From: Bacteroidota bacterium | GTDB lineage: Bacteria; Bacteroidota; Bacteroidia; UKL13-3 | Direction of reading: 5' to 3' | Length of the DNA stretch: 64,000 nucleotides | Assembly: GCA_030680835.1 (NCBI GenBank) | Contig: JAUXUD010000033.1 | Location: 19,572 to 83,571, forward strand | Shown: one piece after another, positions 40,575 through 49,959 of the stretch | Layout of the letters: each line of letters opens with the position of its first letter | Position numbering within the stretch: position 1 is the first letter of the stretch | Translations under genes and position numbers: made by a program | The notes under the pieces: model-generated | What the model saw: the letters and a program-made list of their open reading frames with translations, nothing else | What the model was told of the DNA's origin: nothing | Databases searched by the model: none

Positions 40575-40634
40575 GTTGTAAATATAGTCATTTTATTCCT
40601 TATGTCCAATTTTATTCACTTGTTATGGCCTTCC

Positions 40635-40785
40635 CTATAACGTCAGAATATGAAAAAACCAACCGCAATTGTCCCCCCCCTTTGGCCCCATGCGATAGCA
40701 GAGTTCTCCAGTTTTACGGGAACAGGTGTTCAACAAATGGTTCATTCTTGGTCCTTCGGTTGCAACGAACCTTTGCCTGTTAGCT
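40635..40785 (-). repeat. attC-like repeat
   Basis: Minus strand AGCTAAC ... GGTTTTTTCATATTCTGAC-GTTATAG; 3' part nearly identical to the 41837 repeat. Confidence 0.6.
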
Positions 40786-41827
40786 TTAGTTTTTTCATTT
40801 CTTGCGCATATTCATAAGCAATTATTCCAATTGGAAAAATTACAAACACAAGCCAAACTGCAATATTTCTTGGCAAAAATTGATGGTTATAATTTAACCA
40901 AAAAAATGTCCCAACAACAAAAAGACAAATCAATGAATATGTAGTTTTTACTTGTTCTTGAGAATATCTCTTTACATGATCCTTTTTCAGTTCTTCTAAT
41001 TCCTTAAAATACTGCCTGTTAAAAAAGGTACCTTTTCCAGGTAAAAATCCAATTAGCATAATTAGGTTTTGAATAATATATATACAACAAACTCCAAGTA
41101 AAAAGTATTGCAAGCTAATGTAAAACCCACTTGTTATATCTTCTGAGTTCTCAATTTGGCCATTTTGATAGACTCGATAAATATTGTCAATTGCAAAAAG
41201 CATCATGATTATCGAACTCCAAATACTTAATGAAAGTCTGCTTGACCTTGTTATTTCAGCCCTTGTGAATGCGTGATAAAAAGCAAAAATTGTAAAACAT
41301 AATCCAATAAACATCAATATATTCAAGAATAGATTTATGTCTGTTAGAAAGCCGTAGTCAAAAACCCAATAAATAATTGCTATTGATTGTATAAGCGTAA
41401 TACCTTCTGTTAATTTAACTGTTACCCGTTCTTTATTAAATGCTATAATTAGAAGAGAAAATATTCCGATAAACCAATAAGGCCATTCTTCTATGTGGTT
41501 TTCGATACCATAACCATGCTCACCTTTCCCTGGCAAAAAAGCCAGATAGCTTAAAATAAAAGATGCCAAAGACAAGAAAAAAACTGTCTTCCACTTTTCT
41601 ATGATTCGCTTACCTTCAAATATTGCTCCAATAATGATTGCTAAAATGCTAATTGGAATTAACCGCCTTTCAGACAAGTGTAGTTTAAAGCCAACAAAAA
41701 TTGTCAGTACGAGTAACAAACCACCTAGTACATACAAATATGGTTTAAGGTCAAACCCCGCTGATTTTTTTCTTTTTGTTGAAGTTTTCTTTCTTGCCAA
41801 TTTTCCTTTGATTATTCCTGTCTCCAA
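40742..41827 (-). CDS. Multi-pass membrane protein of unknown function
   Basis: About 10 hydrophobic segments; TTG start 16 nt from the G of GTTAGGT; C-terminus reads into the next repeat. Confidence 0.75.
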   Translation of the reverse strand: METGIIKGKLARKKTSTKRKKSAGFDLKPYLYVLGGLLLVLTIFVGFKLHLSERRLIPISILAIIIGAIFEGKRIIEKWKTVFFLSLASFILSYLAFLPGKGEHGYGIENHIEEWPYWFIGIFSLLIIAFNKERVTVKLTEGITLIQSIAIIYWVFDYGFLTDINLFLNILMFIGLCFTIFAFYHAFTRAEITRSSRLSLSIWSSIIMMLFAIDNIYRVYQNGQIENSEDITSGFYISLQYFLLGVCCIYIIQNLIMLIGFLPGKGTFFNRQYFKELEELKKDHVKRYSQEQVKTTYSLICLFVVGTFFWLNYNHQFLPRNIAVWLVFVIFPIGIIAYEYAQEMKKLKLTGKGSLQPKDQE

Positions 41828-41836
41828 TTAAATTAC

Positions 41837-41942
41837 ACCTAACGTCAGAATGTGAAAAAACCTATCCACAAATTGCTTCGTAATGAGGAAATAAACACGA
41901 GGAAAAATAATAATTTCAAATTGCTTCTCAACATTGTTATGA
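41837..41942 (-). repeat. attC-like repeat
   Basis: TCATAAC 10 nt after the stop codon; AATGTTGAGAA pairs imperfectly with TTTTCACATT; ends in GTTAGGT (GTTRRRY). Confidence 0.65.
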
Positions 41943-41952
41943 CTTGTTTTTC

Positions 41953-42522
41953 TTATTTCAGTTTTATTGTTCCGCTTTCTTTTAATTCTTTCTTATCGTT
42001 ATTCCAACCATATGTTCGGATAAATTTTAGTTTGTTAATGTCCATATTGTTTGTTAATGAAATATTATTAACAGAACTTTTAAACACATCATATTGAAGT
42101 GGTAGTTCCCCCCATTCCAATGTGTATTGATATGCATCAATGATTTTATTTTCCTTATCTGTTTTGATGATTAAAATGTCGTGAAACTCTTTGAACAAAC
42201 GTGGCCCGCCAGAATTATAGGCTTCGCCTACAAATGTCGAGAGGAATTGATAATATTTATACTGTCCATTTACGGGTTCAAAGACTGGCATTAGGTTTTC
42301 AATATTAATTGTTTTGAAATTATTACCATCAATGTCGTCAAGTTTTGAATAGTTAAAATCTGAATTCTCTTTCTCCTTTTGAAGAATATAAATTTTTGTT
42401 TCATTCGGTATAGTAAGAGTGTCCATTTGAGGTAATTCTGATATGGTCTTAACGGGTTTGTTCTGGCAAGAAGCAAGTCCAGTTAATAGTATTGAAAATG
42501 TAATGAAAGTCAAATTTTTCAT
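41953..42522 (-). CDS. Hypothetical lipoprotein
   Basis: MKNLTFITFSILLTGLASC lipobox. Confidence 0.75.
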   Translation of the reverse strand: MKNLTFITFSILLTGLASCQNKPVKTISELPQMDTLTIPNETKIYILQKEKENSDFNYSKLDDIDGNNFKTINIENLMPVFEPVNGQYKYYQFLSTFVGEAYNSGGPRLFKEFHDILIIKTDKENKIIDAYQYTLEWGELPLQYDVFKSSVNNISLTNNMDINKLKFIRTYGWNNDKKELKESGTIKLK

Positions 42523-42728
42523 TAATTGTCTATTGTCGTTTTTCTTTAAAGAGTAGCGGTGGCAAATATATTCAAAAGGCGACATTTTGCCAATGCGGTT
42601 AGATTTTCGTGTCATCTTCTCTGATTTGACGTACTTCCCCGTAAGTTATCCCTGTTGTGTCAGGTCGAGGACCGAACATAGTTTTATCTGGTACTGACAT
42701 AATATTGCGCTGAACAAGTATTTCTGTG

Positions 42729-43157
42729 TTATTTTCTAGATATTATTTCTGCTAACCCTTCAAGATTCTCTTTAAGCTGCCACGCATATTCATTATAAGT
42801 GACTACATCGGAATCAAGGAGGTTGTTTCTTGGCAGTAACTCTTCATTAACCAATTCAATGAATAGTGAATATAGGTTATGCATAAACTCGTTTCTTTGT
42901 TTTTTGGATTGTTTAAATGCGATTAATAAGTTACTGTCAAATACACCTTCATTCTCTCCGATCCTAATTAAAGTTCCAAGAGTTGCTTTCTTATGCTCAA
43001 ACTTCAAATCCTTCCTTTTAAAATACAGAATAATTTCTGCTTCGAGTTGACCAGATGCGAGCGCAACTTTTCCCAATTCGGATGTGAACTCTGTCGATTG
43101 CAGAAGCAGGGAATAAAAGTCTTTCCCATTTGAAGGTTCACCTTTGTAAGTTTCCAT
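42729..43157 (-). CDS. Small helical protein with Rx4H (HEPN-like) motif
   Basis: LGKVALASGQLE, ATLGTLI, RNEFMH; ATG 15 nt from the G of GTTATGG. Confidence 0.65.
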   Translation of the reverse strand: METYKGEPSNGKDFYSLLLQSTEFTSELGKVALASGQLEAEIILYFKRKDLKFEHKKATLGTLIRIGENEGVFDSNLLIAFKQSKKQRNEFMHNLYSLFIELVNEELLPRNNLLDSDVVTYNEYAWQLKENLEGLAEIISRK

Positions 43158-43165
43158 ATAATTGC

Positions 43166-43295
43166 CCATAACGGTTGAGGGCATGAGTTGTTTTGGATGT
43201 GATACCGCAAATCTGTCGCCCGAAACCGCACTAACGAAAGTAGATAATTTACCTGGAACCACAAATACCAAAATAACTTATGCCCTTTGTTAACG
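43166..43295 (-). repeat. attC-like site (best-formed copy, 130 nt)
   Basis: Minus strand CGTTAAC-AAA-GGGCATAAGTTATTTTGG ... CCAAAACAACTCATGCCC-TCAACC-GTTATGG: AAC and GTT ends with a long imperfect stem. Confidence 0.7.
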
Positions 43296-43508
43296 CACGG
43301 GCTGTTGCGCAAATGGGTCCGGTCACTATTGTATGTAACTAAAGAGTCTTGTCGGCATTACGAATGCTAAAGAGAGGGTGCGTTTATAGATTTAAAACGT
43401 CATGGAGCAGGCATTGCAAATTGATTTAGTTACAATCAATTATCTGGTGTTTAGTTAATAAATTACGCTACCTTGCACATAATTACATTAATTAAAAATG
43501 TCGGGTTT

Positions 43509-44075
43509 ATGAGAATTGCTATAGTTGCCGAGCTAATCGCTCTGGCGGTAATTTTAATTGGCTGTCAAAAATGCGAAACGTATACTTATAATTATTCCAT
43601 GGTCGATTCAACGTTTTTTGCGATGATGCCTTACACCGGAACAGACACACTGTATTTCCTTCATAATAATAGTCATTCGGACACTTTCCTGGGACAAGGA
43701 TTAGTAAAAGTTGACTATGACATACAACCTCTTAATTCACAAGGCTCGTGTCCAGATATATACCACGTAGAAAAAATAACCTGCAATTATAAAAATATAT
43801 CACACAAAGGAATGGATATTTTATTTTCAATTCACTATGCATTTTATCAGGATCATGGTCAGCCCGACAAGCATTTTTCCATCAATTATGCTGAAGCTTG
43901 GATGGATGAAACGCAATACACAATTATCGAAAAGATGAGAAATCAATTAGATTCCATTGTAGTTAATGGAGATCGCTACTCATGTATATATTTGAATGTT
44001 GGCTTGTATTATAGTACGAAACATGGTATAATTAAGTGGACGTCCACTAAAAATTCATTACAAAAAATCAATTAA
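43509..44075 (+). CDS. Hypothetical lipoprotein
   Basis: MRIAIVAELIALAVILIGC lipobox; LYYSTKHGIIKW near the C-terminus. Confidence 0.7.
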   Translation: MRIAIVAELIALAVILIGCQKCETYTYNYSMVDSTFFAMMPYTGTDTLYFLHNNSHSDTFLGQGLVKVDYDIQPLNSQGSCPDIYHVEKITCNYKNISHKGMDILFSIHYAFYQDHGQPDKHFSINYAEAWMDETQYTIIEKMRNQLDSIVVNGDRYSCIYLNVGLYYSTKHGIIKWTSTKNSLQKIN

Positions 44076-44399
44076 CCAATCAGTCTTTTTCAACGGTATG
44101 GCAATGAGTCCAAGGATACCACCTTGACTCAATTTCTCCGAGATAATTCTCTGCTTTCATTGAAACTAGCCAAGAACATTTAGTTTAATTCATTGGTTTA
44201 AATCGTCCTCAAAAGCACATAAACGTATAAGTAAAAGTGTCGCGGGAACAGAAAACAGACTGTGCGTTAACTTCTTTATAGCAGCCAAAAATTCACATGC
44301 AACAAACAAATGCTTGTTGGCTTGCGTTGACTAAGTAGCTGCCTTCTGTGTTCAAAACTATGGTATTTTAATAAGTTACCAAACGGATAATAAACTGAA

Positions 44400-44777
44400 T
44401 TGGCAATTCGGTTCAGATATGTGGCAAAATTCAAACATTATCTCACCTTACCCATCAATCAAATGCAATTTTGAAAACATTATTTCTTCTAGCACAACGT
44501 TTATGTGGCAAAATTTAAAATTTATTTCACCAGGCTCTCCAATCAAGTGCCATTTTGAAAAAATTATTTCTTCCGGCGGAGCAATCAAATAAGGTGGCGT
44601 ATGAACTAATTAATCTGGCGATTCAATGATGTGGTGTGGCGCAAAAATTACTTGATCCAGACGATTGATTAAGTGGCAAAATTCAACAAACAGCTCATCC
44701 GGTTGATCACTTACATAGCCTGGCTTATAAATTACGCCATCCGGCGCATCATATACGTGACCTGGCTCAAAATAATA
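44400..44777. repeat. Degenerate 21-bp-period tandem array (about 18 units)
   Basis: GTGGCAAAATT at 44421, 44505 and 44673; NGGC in the same 21-nt phase at 44532, 44574, 44595, 44616, 44637, 44721, 44742 and 44763; 84-bp higher-order duplication. Confidence 0.8.
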
Positions 44778-45184
44778 TAAGTCAGCCATTCACAAACGAG
44801 GCAAAAAGCAAAAATTAAATCATCTGGCTGCTTTCTGATCAGGCATCTAATAAAAAAAATTTGTATCATGAGTTGATGCAATGCCATTTTTCGTGCCGCC
44901 ACGTCCTTTTTATTTAGCCATGAGTTAGATCTTCGATTAAATGATGCGCTTCTACGAATCAATAGCTCTTTTTGGATAGTGGTAACTGAGTTTAAAGGGA
45001 GTAATTATCATTTCAAGCGGAGGTTTATCTTTGTTTTTAATCAAATATTAATGATTGCACTATCTCAGTTTAATATTATACTTAAATTTTACCTTATTTT
45101 TTATTCACATGCCTTATTCTGCCATTTACATAATACATTGCTCTTGTTATCAGCTAAACTAATCTTAGCTGTAATCAAATAATT

Positions 45185-45895
45185 ATGGCAGATCAAACAA
45201 ACAACAACAACCCAACTCCTGAATCCGGTCAAAATGGCAATTCAGGCAGTGATTACAAAACAATTGATGCTTACCTGCTCGGAATTAGCATTGCAATTCA
45301 AAACAGCGGTCATGATGAGATTGCTCCCGCGCTATTGGCATTTGGCTATAGTCGGGCTGAAATTGAAATTGGAACGGCATTACTTACAAATGCAGTTGAT
45401 AAGCATCAAATCCAGGTAAGAGAGTATGGCGACCAATACCGCGCAACCGATGACCTGCATCTTAAAATAGATCTGGCAAAAGGTATTTATTTAACACATT
45501 TAGGAGTTGCCCGCGTTGCCTTTAAAAAGGAAAGGGGAATTTTGGCAGAGATAAATGCTTCCGGTTCGCGTAAGCATACCATTTCGGGCTGGCTCAATCA
45601 GGCAAAGACTTTTTATAAGAATATTTTGGGAAAAGCAGAATACAAAGCAGGCATGGCTAAATTTGGCCAAACTGAACCCATCCTAAAAATGGCTGCCGAT
45701 AAATTGAATGAGGTGGAAACTGCCATAGCCAAACAACAAAAAGAAACCGGTGAAGCACAAACTTCCACCCGCACTCGCGACCAGGCCCTGGATGCATTGG
45801 CACTCTGGAGCGATGATTATGTTGACATTGCAAGAATAGCCCTTAAAGATACACCTCACCTCCTCGAAATACTGGGATTGAAACAAGTAGCATAG
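45185..45895 (+). CDS. All-alpha hypothetical protein with internal duplication
   Basis: Clean 236-aa ORF with its own terminator; halves AFG...QVREYGDQYRAT...VARVAFK and KFG...QQKETGEAQTST...IARIALK align. Confidence 0.8.
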   Translation: MADQTNNNNPTPESGQNGNSGSDYKTIDAYLLGISIAIQNSGHDEIAPALLAFGYSRAEIEIGTALLTNAVDKHQIQVREYGDQYRATDDLHLKIDLAKGIYLTHLGVARVAFKKERGILAEINASGSRKHTISGWLNQAKTFYKNILGKAEYKAGMAKFGQTEPILKMAADKLNEVETAIAKQQKETGEAQTSTRTRDQALDALALWSDDYVDIARIALKDTPHLLEILGLKQVA

Positions 45896-45922
45896 AACTG
45901 ATATCCCATATTTTTCCTAACC

Positions 45923-45965
45923 AAAAAACGGCATGCAACAAATTTGTTGCATGCCGTTTTTTTTT
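45923..45965. terminator. Perfect 40-bp palindrome terminator
   Basis: AAAAAACGGCATGCAACAAATTTGTTGCATGCCGTTTTTT plus extra Ts. Confidence 0.85.
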
Positions 45966-45973
45966 AATAACAC

Positions 45974-46060
45974 ATTCAACCCTTTCAGGGTTGTAATTTC
46001 GTTGGAGGCACCTATTACCACCGGGTTTTACCCGGGGCTATTGTAATTCAATCCCTTCAG
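45974..46060. repeat. Composite palindromic repeat (REP-like)
   Basis: Hairpins CAACCCT-TTC-AGGGTTG and CCGGGT-TTT-ACCCGG, then a partial second ATTCAATCCCTTCAG. Confidence 0.6.
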
Positions 46061-46110
46061 TATTGTAATTTTAATTGAAGTAACAAACATTGTAATGCCG
46101 TGCTGGCCAC

Positions 46111-46148
46111 GTACATTGTACATCGTACATTGTACATCGTACACCGTA
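46111..46148. repeat. Heptamer tandem repeat (GTACATY)n
   Basis: gtacatt-gtacatc-gtacatt-gtacatc-gtacacc. Confidence 0.8.
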
Positions 46149-46190
46149 AATTAATTACCGATTGCCAAATTTGTGTCTGTCCGTGGAGTC

Positions 46191-46315
46191 AGAGTCTGAG
46201 CTAGAATGTTCTCTGGCAAGGCATGCGAAGCCTCCAAAAAGCGCAGTGTGCTGGTGTACATGAGCATTTTTGGTGGTGAGCATAACGCCGCCAGAGGACA
46301 TTATAGACAGACTCT
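46191..46315. mobile_element. Putative 125-bp MITE
   Basis: Imperfect terminal inverted repeats AGAGTCTGAGCTAGAATGTTCTCTGGC / GCCAGAGGACATTATAGACAGACTCT, with internal complementarity (CCAAAAA/TTTTTGG). Confidence 0.6.
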
Positions 46316-49184
46316 AATTACTCACCTGCTCTGCGTAAGCCTCGGTGGGAATGCAAGCACAAACCAGGTTTCTATCACCGTACGTATTATTGATCCGGCC
46401 TACTGAAGGCCAGAATTTAGCTGCACGTACATACGGCAATGGATAGGCAGCCTGCTGACGTGTATAGCTATGTTTCCATTCATCGGCAGTTACTACGGAT
46501 GCAGTATGCGGTGCATTTTTTAATGCATTGTCGAGTTTATCAACGCTGCCATTTTCTATGTTGCTTACTTCATTTCTAATCGCAATCATGGCATCGCAAA
46601 AACGGTCCAGTTCTGCTTTGGATTCGCTTTCGGTGGGTTCAATCATAATGGTACCTGCAACCGGGAAACTCATGGTAGGTGCGTGGAAGCCATAATCCAT
46701 CAAACGCTTGGCGATGTCTTCGGCTTCAACACCAGTAGCGCCTTTAAAAACGCGTGTGTCCAAAATCATCTCGTGTGCGCAACGGCCTTTACTGCCTGAA
46801 TATAAAATCTGGTAATATTTTTCCAAACGGGCTTTGATATAATTGGCGTTCAGAATAGCATATTTGGTTGCATTTTCCAATCCTTCGGTTCCCATCATTT
46901 TTATATAAGCCAATGAAATCAGCAGGATGGAAGCAGAGCCCCAGGGAGCTGCGGATACGGCATGCATGGATTGAGTTCCACCACCCATTTCCACCACCGA
47001 ATGACCGGGAAGGAAAGGTACCAGATGTGTAGCAACGCCAATGGGTCCAACACCCGGGCCACCGCCACCATGTGGAATGCAAAATGTTTTGTGCAAATTT
47101 AAGTGACATACATCGGCACCAATATTTGCCGGACTGGTTAGTCCTACCTGTGCATTCATGTTGGCACCATCCATATAAACCTGACCGCCATTTTTGTGAA
47201 TCATTGCACAGATATCGGTAATTTGCTCTTCAAAAATTCCAAAGGTTGAAGGGTATGTTACCATTAAACAGGCCAGGTTATCTTTGTTTTCTTCGGCTCT
47301 TAACTTTAAGTCTTCAATATCTATATAACCGTTTTCCAGTGTTTTGGTAACGATAACTTTCATGCCGGCCATCACTGCGCTGGCAGGATTGGTACCATGT
47401 GCCGATGAAGGAATTAATGCAATATTTCTATGCGATTGACCAATGCTTTTAAAATATTCGCGGATAACCATTAAGCCGGTATACTCGCCCTGGGCACCGG
47501 CATTGGGTTGTAAACTGATGCCGGCAAAGCCTGTAATTTGTTTCAATGCATGGCTCAGTTCTTCAAAAATTTGTGTGTAGCCTGTTGCCTGATCGCGTGG
47601 AATAAATGGATGCAGTTGTCCGAAGCCGGGCATGGTTACCGGAATCATTTCGGCGGTTGCATTCAATTTCATGGTGCATGAACCCAAAGCAATCATGGAA
47701 TGGCAAAGTGATAAATCTTTTGATTCAAGTAATTTAATATAACGCAGCATTTCGTGCTCACTGTGGTAGGAGTTGAACACAGGATGGGTCATAAAATCTG
47801 ACTTACGGGCAAAGTTGGCCGGAGCCTTTAATTCACACGATTCGGCTTGTTTGCTGTTTATGGTTTTACCTGTTAGCACAGATGCAAGCTGATTGATATC
47901 GGCAAGCGTATGCGTTTCATCAATGGAAACACGAATATGATTTGCATCTGTTTTTGCCACATTGATTTCGGCTGCCAAACAATCTTTCATCGATTGATCA
48001 GCGTCTGCAACTTTAATGGTGATGGTATCAAAATAACTTTTGTTCTCTACATGTAATCCGGCTTCATTTAAGCTGTTTGCAAGGGTTTGGGTCAAACCGT
48101 GTACACGGCCAGCAATGCCCGAAAGGCCTTTGGGGCCATGGTAAACGCCATACATACTGGCCATAATAGATAATAATACCTGGGCGGTACAAATATTTGA
48201 GGTTGCTTTTTCTCTTTTGATATGTTGTTCGCGGGTTTGAAGAGCCATACGCAAAGCAGGATTTCCCTGTGCGTCAATCGACATTCCAATCAGGCGGCCC
48301 GGCATCTGACGTTTGTAAGCATCACGGGTAGCAAAAAAACCGGCATGTGGTCCGCCGTATCCCATGGGTACACCAAAGCGCTGGGCTGAACCTACTACCA
48401 CATCGGCACCCCATTCGCCCGGAGGCGTTAAAAGGGTTAAGCTTAATAAATCGGCAGCAACCGCTACCATTACATGATGTGCCTTTGCTTTTTCTACAAA
48501 GGCGGTATAATCGTTTACCGAACCATTTAGAGCCGGGTATTGAACCAGTGCACCAAAGTAAGTATCATCAAATACAATAGTTTCGTAATCGCCAATAACG
48601 AGTTCAACGCCGATCGGTTCAGTACGTGTTTTTAATACATCAATCGTTTGCGGGAAACACTGGTTGGAAACAAAAAATTTGGTTGCTGTTTGATTCTTGC
48701 ACTCCGAATGCAGCATGTGCATGGCCTCACCGGCAGCAGTTCCTTCATCCAGTAAGGAGGCATTTGCAATGTCCATTCCGGTAAGGTCGATAATCATGGT
48801 TTGATAATTGAGCAAAGCCTCCAGACGGCCCTGGGCTATTTCGGCCTGGTATGGAGTATAGGCAGTATACCAACCCGGGTTTTCAAATATATTGCGCAAT
48901 ATCACACCGGGGGTAAAGGTTCCGTAATATCCCTGACCCAAATAATTTTTATATAGTTTGTTTTCGTTTGAAACTTTTTGCAGGAAAGCCAACAGTTCAT
49001 TTTCCGTCATTGCTGCGGGCAATTGCATGCGCTCTTTTAATCGGATATGAGCTGGAATGGTTTCATCAATGAGTTGGTCAACACTTGAAACTCCGATGGT
49101 TTTGAGCATTGATTGGGTATCGTTTGAAAGGGGAGAGATGTGACGATTTACAAAATCGTCGGAATGGTTTGCCTTGATTTGCAT
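46314..49184 (-). CDS. gcvP: Glycine dehydrogenase (decarboxylating), glycine cleavage P protein
   Basis: [50 protein letters not shown]. Confidence 0.98.
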   Translation of the reverse strand: MQIKANHSDDFVNRHISPLSNDTQSMLKTIGVSSVDQLIDETIPAHIRLKERMQLPAAMTENELLAFLQKVSNENKLYKNYLGQGYYGTFTPGVILRNIFENPGWYTAYTPYQAEIAQGRLEALLNYQTMIIDLTGMDIANASLLDEGTAAGEAMHMLHSECKNQTATKFFVSNQCFPQTIDVLKTRTEPIGVELVIGDYETIVFDDTYFGALVQYPALNGSVNDYTAFVEKAKAHHVMVAVAADLLSLTLLTPPGEWGADVVVGSAQRFGVPMGYGGPHAGFFATRDAYKRQMPGRLIGMSIDAQGNPALRMALQTREQHIKREKATSNICTAQVLLSIMASMYGVYHGPKGLSGIAGRVHGLTQTLANSLNEAGLHVENKSYFDTITIKVADADQSMKDCLAAEINVAKTDANHIRVSIDETHTLADINQLASVLTGKTINSKQAESCELKAPANFARKSDFMTHPVFNSYHSEHEMLRYIKLLESKDLSLCHSMIALGSCTMKLNATAEMIPVTMPGFGQLHPFIPRDQATGYTQIFEELSHALKQITGFAGISLQPNAGAQGEYTGLMVIREYFKSIGQSHRNIALIPSSAHGTNPASAVMAGMKVIVTKTLENGYIDIEDLKLRAEENKDNLACLMVTYPSTFGIFEEQITDICAMIHKNGGQVYMDGANMNAQVGLTSPANIGADVCHLNLHKTFCIPHGGGGPGVGPIGVATHLVPFLPGHSVVEMGGGTQSMHAVSAAPWGSASILLISLAYIKMMGTEGLENATKYAILNANYIKARLEKYYQILYSGSKGRCAHEMILDTRVFKGATGVEAEDIAKRLMDYGFHAPTMSFPVAGTIMIEPTESESKAELDRFCDAMIAIRNEVSNIENGSVDKLDNALKNAPHTASVVTADEWKHSYTRQQAAYPLPYVRAAKFWPSVGRINNTYGDRNLVCACIPTEAYAEQVSN

Positions 49185-49329
49185 AATAAAAATGACGCTT
49201 AAATTTTTGGCAAATTTATCTTTTTTAAAATGACCTCAACCAATTTTTTTCAAGATTTATATCAGGATGCAATTATACACCCTTACCTTTGCCTAAAGAT
49301 GGGTTAATAAGCATTGTGACGTGTCACCC

Positions 49330-49354
49330 GTAGAGACGCGATTCATCGCGTCTC
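49330..49354. repeat. REP-like palindrome
   Basis: GTAGAGACGCGATTCATCGCGTCTC. Confidence 0.85.
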
Positions 49355-49429
49355 CGGGACGCATCGCATCTTTGGGATACATCACATTCGCATAAAATAA
49401 CCATCACATAACCATTTAAATTAAAAAAT

Positions 49430-49735
49430 ATGTTTGATAAATTGGGTCAGGCCAAACAAATGGCCGAAGGAGTAAAGGCTAAATTAGATACCATTGAAGT
49501 TGAAGGCGAAGCAGCTAATGGTAAAGTTAAGGTGATAGCAACAGCAAACCGTAAAGTTAAAGAAATAATAATTACGGATGAATTGCTAAAAGCCGAAAAC
49601 AAGGAAGAGTTACAGGATTTATTGGTGGTAGCCACCAACAGGGCCTTAGAAACCGCCGAAAACGTGTCGGAGAGCGAAATGCGTGCCGCCATGAGCAGCA
49701 TGATGCCCGGTTTAAGCGGTTTGTTTGGTAAATAA
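49430..49735 (+). CDS. YbaB/EbfC family nucleoid-associated protein
   Basis: VEGEAANGKVKV, EELQDLLVVATNRAL. Confidence 0.9.
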   Translation: MFDKLGQAKQMAEGVKAKLDTIEVEGEAANGKVKVIATANRKVKEIIITDELLKAENKEELQDLLVVATNRALETAENVSESEMRAAMSSMMPGLSGLFGK

Positions 49736-49775
49736 TACAAATTGTGTTTCACGATTTAAATTCGCAACACCGATT

Positions 49776-49836
49776 GAGACGCGATGAATCGCGTCTTTAC
49801 CCGCGCCACCTGTAGAGACGCGATTCATCGCGTCTC
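49776..49836. repeat. Inverted pair of REP-like palindromes
   Basis: GAGACGCGATGAATCGCGTCTTTAC (49776-49800) and GTAGAGACGCGATTCATCGCGTCTC (49812-49836). Confidence 0.85.
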
Positions 49837-49959
49837 ATGTGTGCCACAATAATGCAAATATACCATGATATTGCAAACGCAACGCATCTTCAAATGGCGT
49901 TCGCCAAAATTGCCGTATATTCGCCCCCATTTTATTTTATTAATGGCTGTTAACAATTT

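Noticed and set aside
39652-40685. CCAAA-G7-ACAATT / AATTGT-C8-TTTGG as terminal inverted repeats of a Fic transposon or invertible segment
   Set aside because: The motif is one arm of a hairpin internal to the spacer repeat family (both arms are present at ~39654-39683), so the inverted match is explained by the repeats themselves.
44400-44777. 21-bp periodic array as a CRISPR array
   Set aside because: No constant repeat alternating with unique spacers, period too short, and no cas genes in the window.
43296-45184. Integrase or attI platform at the head of the cassette-like array
   Set aside because: No tyrosine-recombinase motifs in any ORF here; only a divergent lipoprotein gene and non-coding DNA.
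49185-49429. Glycine riboswitch upstream of gcvP
   Set aside because: No recognisable aptamer motifs; the only clear structure is a REP-like palindrome.
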